A DNA stretch of 64,000 nucleotides from a virus. Positions within the stretch are counted from its first letter, which is position 1; each line of letters opens with the position of its first letter. Made by a program: the position numbers and the translations under genes. This document shows positions 7,288-14,464 of this stretch, piece after piece. Below the pieces are notes generated by a model. It did not search any database, was not told the DNA's origin, and was given only the letters and a program-made list of their open reading frames with translations. Where the stretch lies: the IMG/VR virus record IMGVR_UViG_3300030104_005963; one strand, 5' to 3'.

Positions 7288-7347
7288 AAAACCAGTCGTG
7301 GAACTGTCACAGACCCCCTTGCGGATTCGTCCGTGAGGGGTTATGTT
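7288..7347 (+). promoter_or_regulatory. Palindrome/promoter cassette copy F
   Basis: AAAACCAGTC-GTGG-AACTGTCACA at 7288-7311; TTGCGG-N17-TATGTT; an 11-bp stem with a TTCG loop spans the -35 and spacer. Confidence 0.7.
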
Positions 7348-7369
7348 GTGTTCAGTTCAAACAAATCCC

Positions 7370-7621
7370 ATGGAAAAACTCACTAGCATGATTCCCGAGA
7401 GAACAGACTACAACGGGTGGACGAATTACGAAACCTGGAATGTTGCTTTGTGGTTGCAAAATGATGAGGGAATGTATAACTTAGTGAAAGGAAATACTTC
7501 GTATGATTTTTGCATCCCGGCACTGGAAATCGTGTTCGGTAAAATGACACCGGACGGCGTACGTTGGATGGATGGTAAGATTAACACCGATGAAATTGAT
7601 GAAATGTTAAAAGACCTGTGA
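7370..7621 (+). CDS. Conserved phage protein with a YNGWTNYETWNVALW motif
   Basis: Widespread phage motif; start placed at ATG 7370, downstream of the promoter. Confidence 0.7.
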   Translation: MEKLTSMIPERTDYNGWTNYETWNVALWLQNDEGMYNLVKGNTSYDFCIPALEIVFGKMTPDGVRWMDGKINTDEIDEMLKDL

Positions 7622-7695
7622 CAGTTGTAGAGGTGTCCACTAAATCCCCACAGGGCACCAAAATCGTGTATTGTATTCTCAAGTTCAAAAACTTC
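7617..7695 (+). promoter_or_regulatory. Palindrome/promoter cassette copy G
   Basis: TGTGACAGTT-GTAG-AGGTGTCCAC at 7617-7640; TATTGT at 7669-7674; 37 bp (7659-7695) are identical to copy H. Confidence 0.75.
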
Positions 7696-7702
7696 TTCCA
7701 AA

Positions 7703-7951
7703 ATGATTAAAAAAGGTGGCAATCCGTCTCCAGTTCAGGTTAATCTTGGAAAGTATGATTATAATGTTTGGGTGTATTCGTCGAGTTCGATGGGAAACGA
7801 TGGAGTAATTCGTCATCACTATAAAACATTTCGTCAAAGATATGTTCGTTATTGTGATGCTATAAATGCTGGATGGAAATATATCGATTCCCGACAAACT
7901 ATGCAAGCATGGAGAGGATCAATTCGTTCATTCGATACTGCTACAGCATAA
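7703..7951 (+). CDS. Hypothetical protein, 82 aa
   Basis: ORF lies between cassette copies G and H. Confidence 0.65.
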   Translation: MIKKGGNPSPVQVNLGKYDYNVWVYSSSSMGNDGVIRHHYKTFRQRYVRYCDAINAGWKYIDSRQTMQAWRGSIRSFDTATA

Positions 7952-7957
7952 TGAAAT

Positions 7958-8036
7958 TGTGCCACATGTTTTAGTGGCACAGTAAATGAGCACAGTGCTC
8001 AAAATCGTGTATTGTATTCTCAAGTTCAAAAACTTC
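7958..8036 (+). promoter_or_regulatory. Palindrome/promoter cassette copy H
   Basis: TGTGCCAC-N8-GTGGCACA at 7958-7981; TGAGCAC-A-GTGCTCA at 7987-8001; TATTGT at 8010-8015. Confidence 0.75.
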
Positions 8037-8038
8037 CA

Positions 8039-8173
8039 ATGAACGACACCCTTTTCGACGAATTGAACGACATGCCCGGTGAGATTTTTGACGTGATAGA
8101 TTACAAAGAAGAATGGGAGAAAGAAGAAAAATTTGACGTAGAAAAATTCATCAACGGCAACACAGACTACTGA
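8039..8173 (+). CDS. Hypothetical acidic protein, 44 aa (MNDTLFDELNDMPGEIFDV...)
   Basis: Translated by hand; TGATG-coupled to the next ORF. Confidence 0.6.
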   Translation: MNDTLFDELNDMPGEIFDVIDYKEEWEKEEKFDVEKFINGNTDY

Positions 8174-8346
8174 TGCAAACTATGGACAATCTTCAAATGT
8201 TGACCCAACGTGAACAACTTATGGAGGACATTGATTCAATTTGTGATGAGTTCTTTTGTCAAAACTTTCCTAATTCTAAGGAACAGTTTGATGAACTGAC
8301 CCGCATCCTGTGTGATGCAGTTTGCAAAAACTTTCCCATTAATTAA
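8173..8346 (+). CDS. Hypothetical protein, 57 aa (MQTMDNLQMLTQREQLMEDID...)
   Basis: Translated by hand; TAATG-coupled to the next ORF. Confidence 0.6.
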   Translation: MQTMDNLQMLTQREQLMEDIDSICDEFFCQNFPNSKEQFDELTRILCDAVCKNFPIN

Positions 8347-8579
8347 TGTCTTTCGTGTCCATCTTCGATCACACAAACTCCATGTCTGACAACATCATCG
8401 ACCGTGACAATCTGCAGAATGCTTATATTGAAAGCATTATCGATGGTATGGATCATAAGACAATGTATCAGTACGTTTATGATAACTTAGCAGACCATCT
8501 TGACAAGTATTCTGTACAGGAACTTATCACTGAGGTTGAAGATTACTATCCCGAACTTCTGGAGGAAAGTAACACTTAA
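8346..8579 (+). CDS. Hypothetical acidic protein, 77 aa
   Basis: Coupled ORF. Confidence 0.65.
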   Translation: MSFVSIFDHTNSMSDNIIDRDNLQNAYIESIIDGMDHKTMYQYVYDNLADHLDKYSVQELITEVEDYYPELLEESNT

Positions 8580-8592
8580 GGATTCGGCCGCC

Positions 8593-8653
8593 AAAACCAG
8601 TTGGCAAGGTGGCACAAACCCCCCTTGCAAAATCTCTCAAAGTATGGGATTCT
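8593..8653 (+). promoter_or_regulatory. Palindrome/promoter cassette copy I
   Basis: AAAACCAGTT-GGCA-AGGTGGCACA at 8593-8616; TTGCAA at 8624-8629; the -10 is ambiguous. Confidence 0.6.
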
Positions 8654-8677
8654 ATAAGAGTCAAAGGAACGCAACTC

Positions 8678-8917
8678 ATGGCAACTCCAATCTTCTCACT
8701 CTCACCCGAAATGCAGGCAACCTGGGATGACATCATGGGGCAAATGTTTCAGTTCGTTTGTGACACTAATGCCGACGTAGATATGGCATATGATTGGGTA
8801 TGTGATCAGTTGGAAATTGACGGGTTCGTTGAGAATAAGAAGGCATGGGATTCTTTCTATGATGCATGGGAATCTGCCGCAAATGTGAATGAAATTGCGG
8901 ACTTAGTTTTCAGTTAA
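8678..8917 (+). CDS. Hypothetical acidic, Trp-rich protein, 79 aa
   Basis: Start placed at ATG 8678, downstream of the promoter cassette. Confidence 0.65.
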   Translation: MATPIFSLSPEMQATWDDIMGQMFQFVCDTNADVDMAYDWVCDQLEIDGFVENKKAWDSFYDAWESAANVNEIADLVFS

Positions 8918-8955
8918 GTATCACAAACCTCTTTGTCCTTAAGTAACACTTTCTC

Positions 8956-9087
8956 ATGCGTATCTTTCTCTTCGTTCTGATCACTATCCTAGGTGCCAAT
9001 CTATTCATCGATCTTATGGATTCCAACCTGGTCGATGTCATGGAAGAACGGTGGGAAACTATAGAGAAACAAATGGAAAGACTGTGA
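8956..9087 (+). CDS. Small membrane protein, 43 aa (MRIFLFVLITILGANLF...)
   Basis: Translated by hand; N-terminal hydrophobic segment; the stop lies inside palindrome copy J. Confidence 0.55.
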   Translation: MRIFLFVLITILGANLFIDLMDSNLVDVMEERWETIEKQMERL

Positions 9088-9140
9088 CGGTCGGCAAACC
9101 GTCCACCATTCTCCCCACGGACCCCGTTTCCGTGTATATT
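9083..9140 (+). promoter_or_regulatory. Palindrome/promoter cassette copy J
   Basis: TGTGACGGTC-GGCA-AACCGTCCAC at 9083-9106; TATATT at 9135-9140 (gap 28). Confidence 0.7.
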
Positions 9141-9199
9141 AAAGAAGTGGAGGGGAGACGACCCCACCACGACCCCAGTCCTTTCAACCCCCCCCTCTC

Positions 9200-9541
9200 A
9201 TGCGTAAGATCGAACAGCAGATGATCACCGCAATCAAAGGTAACAAGAATTGGAGTTCAGGAAACACTCAAGTAGTCACCAATATGGGGGTGTCTACCGT
9301 ATATCTCCACGGCAACAAAATTGCTATGGTTGATGACACTTCCATGACAATCTTTGACGGTGGATATCAGTCCAATACCACAAAATCACGACTCAACGCA
9401 CTTTGTGATGAATTCTGCATCGTCGGTGAGGGCGTCTTTCAAAAAGATTTCCTCTGGTATGTGAGAAAGTTCGTCGGTGCGATTAACGGAAAAAATGTCT
9501 ATCAGACAGAAGATTTCAAATCAGGTTACATCTTTGCCTGA
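9200..9541 (+). CDS. Conserved hypothetical phage protein, 113 aa
   Basis: Clean ORF after cassette J (MRKIEQQM...LHGNKIA...TTKSRLNAL). Confidence 0.75.
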   Translation: MRKIEQQMITAIKGNKNWSSGNTQVVTNMGVSTVYLHGNKIAMVDDTSMTIFDGGYQSNTTKSRLNALCDEFCIVGEGVFQKDFLWYVRKFVGAINGKNVYQTEDFKSGYIFA

Positions 9542-9570
9542 GGGGTTCATCCCCCTCCCTTCGTTCTTTT
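9540..9570 (+). terminator. Possible weak intrinsic terminator
   Basis: GAGGGG-TTCATC-CCCCTC hairpin followed by a pyrimidine/T-rich tract. Confidence 0.3.
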
Positions 9571-9583
9571 CTCACTAACTAAC

Positions 9584-9757
9584 ATGTTTCGCATCGCATC
9601 TTCGTTAACAACCGGTCGCACACTTTGGGTTTCCAGTGATAACGTGGCACTGCCGGCATATCTTCATGCCGGTGCAAATTCTTCTTATAAGGGAAGTCTT
9701 AACCCTTATAAGTATCGGTGCAATCCTGAGGCACCCAACACTTCCTGCCCTATCTGA
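9584..9757 (+). CDS. Hypothetical protein, 57 aa
   Basis: Translated by hand (MFRIASSLTTGRTLW...). Confidence 0.45.
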   Translation: MFRIASSLTTGRTLWVSSDNVALPAYLHAGANSSYKGSLNPYKYRCNPEAPNTSCPI

Positions 9758-9763
9758 TACATT

Positions 9764-9901
9764 ATGAAAATCGTTCGTCGCACTGATTTCGGAAAGTTTC
9801 ACACTATTTGTGTTCACACAGACAAAAAATGGATCAAAGTAATTGATGACGGTGTTGTAAAGTTGGTTCGTAACCCTTACACAGTGCCGTGCGTTCGTTA
9901 A
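9764..9901 (+). CDS. Hypothetical protein, 45 aa
   Basis: Translated by hand (MKIVRRTDFGKFHTICVHTD...). Confidence 0.45.
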   Translation: MKIVRRTDFGKFHTICVHTDKKWIKVIDDGVVKLVRNPYTVPCVR

Positions 9902-10038
9902 CAGCAGTTAGGGGGTATTATGCCCCCTTATTGCCGCGGTGCGTGGCTAAAAACACCCTACTTCCCTAAGCTATAAACGACCCAAATCGACCTTTCAATT
10001 TCTCTCTCTTAAAAAAATTCCGAGCATATATAAAATCA

Positions 10039-10227
10039 ATGGCAAAGTTCAAAGAAATGCAAAAAAATCCCGCAGAAAATTTTACGACCATAGAGATCGA
10101 TCCAGTCACCGGAGAGCATCTATTGACAATTCCGGAATGGATATGTGACGAGAACAAATGGTATGAGGGGACAGAAATAAACATCGAGCTCGATGGAGAT
10201 TCAATTATAATCAGAAGTATTGACTAA
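10039..10227 (+). CDS. AbrB/MazE (SpoVT)-like swapped-hairpin domain protein
   Basis: LTIPEWIC...W.EGTEINIELDGDSIII matches the AbrB pattern (lTIP..i...lgl..Gd.v.i...dg.iii). Confidence 0.6.
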   Translation: MAKFKEMQKNPAENFTTIEIDPVTGEHLLTIPEWICDENKWYEGTEINIELDGDSIIIRSID

Positions 10228-10241
10228 GGGTTCGGAGTCTA

Positions 10242-10270
10242 TTGACTTCGTATAGATAGAGTGTTATGAT
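10242..10270 (+). promoter_or_regulatory. Sigma70-like (host-type) promoter
   Basis: TTGACT-N17-TATGAT, 22 bp before ATG 10293. Confidence 0.7.
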
Positions 10271-10292
10271 ACTGAAGTAGTTTTATTCTATT

Positions 10293-11051
10293 ATGGCTAA
10301 AGGATTTACTGTAAAAGCAAAGACACCGAAACCATCAGAGTCTGGACCTGAATGGGATTATGATAAGGCAAAGGAGATGGTCAAAGGAAAGACAATTGTT
10401 TTTTGTCTTCCCGGAAGAGGAGTTTCATATGTATATCTGAAAAACTTTGTACAACTTTGTTTCGACCTGGTACAGGCAGGAGCAAGCATCCAGATTTCGC
10501 AGGACTATTCATCGATGGTGAATTTTGCAAGATGCAAGTGTCTTGGTGCGAACGTACTGCGAGGACCGGATCAAATTCCCTGGGACGGTAAGTTGAAATA
10601 TGATTATCAGTTATGGATTGATAGTGATATTGTATTCAACAGTGAGAAGTTCTGGCAATTAGTTTTAATGGACAAGGACCTTGCGGCAGGATGGTACTGT
10701 ACAGAGGACGGTCGCACCACATCAGTCGCTCATTGGTTGGAGGAGGATGACTTCCGAAACAATGGAGGTGTGATGAACCACGAAACTCTAGAGAGTATCT
10801 CCAAACGCAAAAAACCGTTCACCGTGGACTATACAGGTTTTGGATGGTTACTTATCAAGCACGGAGTCTTTGAGAACGAAGGTATCAAGTATCCATGGTT
10901 TGCCCCGAAGATGCAAGTATTTGAATCAGGAGAAGTGCAGGACATGTGTGGAGAAGATGTCTCTTTCTGTCTCGATGCAATTGAAAGTGGATTTGAGATT
11001 TGGTGTGATCCCCGAGTACGTGTAGGACATGAAAAAACAAGAGTCATCTGA
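10293..11051 (+). CDS. Glycosyltransferase (GT-A fold, family 2-like)
   Basis: LWIDSD (DxD), GFGWLLI and GEDVSFC acceptor-side motif, followed by VGHEK. Confidence 0.75.
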   Translation: MAKGFTVKAKTPKPSESGPEWDYDKAKEMVKGKTIVFCLPGRGVSYVYLKNFVQLCFDLVQAGASIQISQDYSSMVNFARCKCLGANVLRGPDQIPWDGKLKYDYQLWIDSDIVFNSEKFWQLVLMDKDLAAGWYCTEDGRTTSVAHWLEEDDFRNNGGVMNHETLESISKRKKPFTVDYTGFGWLLIKHGVFENEGIKYPWFAPKMQVFESGEVQDMCGEDVSFCLDAIESGFEIWCDPRVRVGHEKTRVI

Positions 11052-11238
11052 TCGATATACCATCCTTCGTAAGAATAAGAGATTATTCACCAATCTTACC
11101 GAGGATGAATATCTGGAGATCATGCAAGATCTGGCAATTGAATTCTATGCCACCGGGTCACCAAAACCGGAGCATTTAAAAACTATTATTACTAATGAAT
11201 ACGGAGCATCTAAATGGCTAAATCAAAAACAGGAGTGA
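11029..11238 (+). CDS. Hypothetical protein, 69 aa
   Basis: ORF in the operon; overlaps its neighbours. Confidence 0.55.
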   Translation: MKKQESSDRYTILRKNKRLFTNLTEDEYLEIMQDLAIEFYATGSPKPEHLKTIITNEYGASKWLNQKQE

Positions 11239-11363
11239 ACAAGGACTCATATTCACTCGGAACACCGAAGAAGACTCGTCAAGGTTCTGGTAAAGGGACC
11301 AAGAGTGCCGCGACTTCTCGTAACAACGCAAAGAAGGCATATAGGGGTCAAGGAAGGGGTTGA
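11214..11363 (+). CDS. Small basic protein, 49 aa (MAKSKTG...KKTRQGSG...YRGQGRG)
   Basis: Translated by hand; K/R/G-rich. Confidence 0.6.
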   Translation: MAKSKTGVNKDSYSLGTPKKTRQGSGKGTKSAATSRNNAKKAYRGQGRG

Positions 11364-11390
11364 ATACATAATGTAGATATGTAAATTACC

Positions 11391-12080
11391 ATGGCATGTT
11401 TGATAACTAATCTTCCATCACAGGAAGTATGGGTTCGTAAAGAATACCTGACAGATCATCAAAGTGGGCATGGGGAGTTTGTAAAGGGCGTCTGGGTATC
11501 GGCAAAGTCGATTCCTGGACGTGCTTTTTATTTTGAGACATATTTGCCCGAATATGCGGCAATGTACGATAAACTCCCTATCAGTGCCTTTCTGAGTGAA
11601 CCTAAAACACCAGATCCGGACATGACCCTACACAATCTACAGTTCTGGAACTGTATGGACTATGGTGTAGTGGCAGTACAGAAGCAATTTATTGGTTCTA
11701 TGCACTATGAGGTCTATACAAGAGACTACGGACCTCAGACGGGCACCTATGTGTGTACTCTAGACAACTATCATCAGGATCCTGACACAGTTGATTACTC
11801 CACAAGTGAAAATCCTTCCGAACATAAGTCACATAACCTCATTGAACTTGATAATGGGCAGTTTTGTCTCTATCCAAACAACAGAACTCGCATTTATGAC
11901 AATAGTTTAACTCCGGAAGAACCAAAAATACCGGATTTTAAGGTTTCGACAGTGTACTATCAGGTCGAAAACGGTCATGACCGTGATGGACTTGGAAATG
12001 ATGAGAATTATTTCTGGAAAACGGCAAAAGAACGTCAAAATAGTGAAGAAAATGTTGAAAATGACGGTATAAATAAATAA
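11391..12080 (+). CDS. Conserved hypothetical cyanophage protein, 229 aa
   Basis: Long ORF with normal codon use immediately upstream of g25. Confidence 0.8.
   Translation: MACLITNLPSQEVWVRKEYLTDHQSGHGEFVKGVWVSAKSIPGRAFYFETYLPEYAAMYDKLPISAFLSEPKTPDPDMTLHNLQFWNCMDYGVVAVQKQFIGSMHYEVYTRDYGPQTGTYVCTLDNYHQDPDTVDYSTSENPSEHKSHNLIELDNGQFCLYPNNRTRIYDNSLTPEEPKIPDFKVSTVYYQVENGHDRDGLGNDENYFWKTAKERQNSEENVENDGINK
12068..12075 (+). promoter_or_regulatory. T4-type late promoter
   Basis: TATAAATA upstream of g25. Confidence 0.75.
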
Positions 12081-12092
12081 AAACTCTGTCTG

Positions 12093-12494
12093 ATGGCGGT
12101 AACACGGATATCCAGAGCATTCAAGGACATTAGTTTGTCCTTTGAACCTCATCCAATCACTAATGATCTACCAATTTTAAAGAATGAGTCGGCAATTCGT
12201 CGTTCTGTGAGAAATATTGTTCAGACAATACCGACTGAAAAGTTTTTTAATCCGGTTTTTGGGTCTGATGTCTATGGTAGTCTATTTGGATTTATAGATT
12301 TTGGTACAGCCTCAATCATTAAAGATCAAATTCTTACCTGTATTAAAAATTTTGAACCTAGAGTCAATAATGTAAAAGTAAAAGTTGAACCATTACCTGA
12401 TGATAACTCATTTGATGTAACAATATTTTTCGATATCATTGGACAAGAGTTCCCAACACAAGAATATTCATTCATATTAGAGGCAACGAGATAA
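12093..12494 (+). CDS. g25: Baseplate wedge subunit gp25
   Basis: FKDISLSF.PHP.T.DL..LKN..AI.RSVRN...T...E.FF.P.FGS...L and FEPRV; synteny. Confidence 0.92.
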   Translation: MAVTRISRAFKDISLSFEPHPITNDLPILKNESAIRRSVRNIVQTIPTEKFFNPVFGSDVYGSLFGFIDFGTASIIKDQILTCIKNFEPRVNNVKVKVEPLPDDNSFDVTIFFDIIGQEFPTQEYSFILEATR

Positions 12495-12498
12495 TAAA

Positions 12499-14463
12499 AT
12501 GCCTTTCACTAAGTTTACAAACCTAGATTTCGATCAAATTAAGACATCCATTAAGGATTATCTTCGTGCAAACTCTGATTTTACAGATTTTGACTTTGAA
12601 GGATCTAATTTTTCGGCACTAATTGATACATTAGCATATAACACCTATATTACATCATTTAATTCAAATATGATTGTTAATGAATCCTTTTTGGATTCTG
12701 CGACAATCAGACAAAATGTAGTTTCTCTTGCCGGAAATATTGGTTATGTTCCAAGATCAAAAACTGCATCAAAAACAACAGTATCTCTTAGAGTTATTTT
12801 AGGATCTAACGATGACGTTAATGATGTTTCCACGATATCATTAAATGCCGGAATTTTTTCAACCGGAAGTTCTAATGATACGACATTTGTATTTTCTACA
12901 ATAGAAGATATACAAGGAAAAATTGAAATTGAAGATAATAATAAAGTTGCATATTTTGATAATATTGAAATATATCAAGGAACATTACTTAAAAAAAGTT
13001 TTATATATGATGGATCTTTAGATCAAAAATTTACTTTAAATAATTCAAATGTAGATGCGACAACAATATCAGTTTATATTAGTGATTTTGAATCTCAAAA
13101 AGGATTTAAATATAGTCCTGTAGAAAATATTTCAAATATTACTAAAGATTCAAGAATATATTTTATAAGAGAAATTCAGGATGAAAAATATGAGTTAAGA
13201 TTTGGTGATGGTATTTTTGGAAAAAAACTTGGTGATAGTGCCGGTGCCGATGGTAAGTATATTAATGTTGATTATTTGATTACTGATGGTAGAGAAGGAA
13301 ATGGAGTACAAAGATTTACCTATGCAGGATCACTTAAAAATCAGAATGGTAGTATTGTTGTACCTGCCAGTGTTGATCTTATAAAAGGTGAAAAAGTTAG
13401 TGATGGAGTTTACAATCCTATTGCCAAATCACAAAATGGAAATAATATTGAACCCATAGACTCTATTCGTTATTTTGCTCCTCTTGCATATTCAGCACAA
13501 AATCGTGCCGTCACTCCAAGAGATTATGAGGCAATTATCAAAAGAATATATCCAGATGCAGAATCAATTTCAATTGTTGGAGGAGAAGAGTTAGATCCTC
13601 CAGAATTTGGAAATGTAATTGTTAGTATAAAACCAAGAGGTGGAACATTTGTAAGTGATTTTAACAAAAAACAAATATTATCAAAACTTAGACAATATTC
13701 TGTTTCTGGTATTAATCAAAGAATTATTGATCTTAAAATACTTTATGTCGAACTTGATACATCCGTTTACTTTAATGAATCTTTTGTTTCAACCATATCA
13801 TCGTTACAGTCTGAAGTTTTAAATCAACTCACTGAATATTCCGAATCTACTAATTTTAATAAATTTGGAGGTAGATTTAAATATAGTAAATTACAAAATG
13901 TTATTGATGAAGTTGATCGAAATGCCATTACATCAAATATAACTAAAATTAAAATTAGAAGAGATTTAAAGGCAGCTATTAATCAATTAGCACAATATGA
14001 ATTATGTTTTGGAAATGAGTTTCACGTTAAAAGTGAAGGTCTCAATATAAAATCTACAGGATTTAAAGTTTTTGGCGAATCCTCAACTGTATACTTTACA
14101 GATATTCCAAATGAAGATGAAAAAACAGGAATACTTCAAATTGTTAAGTTGACAGGAAATAATCAAACAAAAATTGTAAATTCTTCTGCTGGTAAAATTG
14201 ATTATATTAAAGGTGAAATTATAGTTGATACTGTAAATATTATATCTACAGAAAAAACAAATAATATTATTGAAATTGAAGCAGTTCCAGAATCTAATGA
14301 TGTTGTAGGTTTGAAAGATTTATTCTTATCTCTTGATGTTTCTAAAAGTAGAATAAATATGTTGAGAGATTTAATTTCTTCTGGTGATGAGATATCTGGA
14401 GTGAAATTTATCGAAGATGCATTTACCTCAAGCTATTCAAACGGAAGTATAATAAGAAACTAA
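12499..14463 (+). CDS. g6: Baseplate wedge subunit gp6
   Basis: LDFDQIK..., FTDFDFEGSN, E.FLDSA..R.NVVSLA and QNRAVT..DYEAI. Confidence 0.95.
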   Translation: MPFTKFTNLDFDQIKTSIKDYLRANSDFTDFDFEGSNFSALIDTLAYNTYITSFNSNMIVNESFLDSATIRQNVVSLAGNIGYVPRSKTASKTTVSLRVILGSNDDVNDVSTISLNAGIFSTGSSNDTTFVFSTIEDIQGKIEIEDNNKVAYFDNIEIYQGTLLKKSFIYDGSLDQKFTLNNSNVDATTISVYISDFESQKGFKYSPVENISNITKDSRIYFIREIQDEKYELRFGDGIFGKKLGDSAGADGKYINVDYLITDGREGNGVQRFTYAGSLKNQNGSIVVPASVDLIKGEKVSDGVYNPIAKSQNGNNIEPIDSIRYFAPLAYSAQNRAVTPRDYEAIIKRIYPDAESISIVGGEELDPPEFGNVIVSIKPRGGTFVSDFNKKQILSKLRQYSVSGINQRIIDLKILYVELDTSVYFNESFVSTISSLQSEVLNQLTEYSESTNFNKFGGRFKYSKLQNVIDEVDRNAITSNITKIKIRRDLKAAINQLAQYELCFGNEFHVKSEGLNIKSTGFKVFGESSTVYFTDIPNEDEKTGILQIVKLTGNNQTKIVNSSAGKIDYIKGEIIVDTVNIISTEKTNNIIEIEAVPESNDVVGLKDLFLSLDVSKSRINMLRDLISSGDEISGVKFIEDAFTSSYSNGSIIRN

Positions 14464-14464
14464 T

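Noticed and set aside
7221-7311. TGTGA...TCACA as CRP or NtcA sites
   Set aside because: The half-site spacing is 14 bp, not the 6 bp of CRP, and there is no GTA-N8-TAC.
2057-9140. The repeated dyads as a CRISPR array
   Set aside because: The repeats are degenerate, irregularly spaced (67 to >2000 bp) and separated by ORFs, and there are no cas genes.
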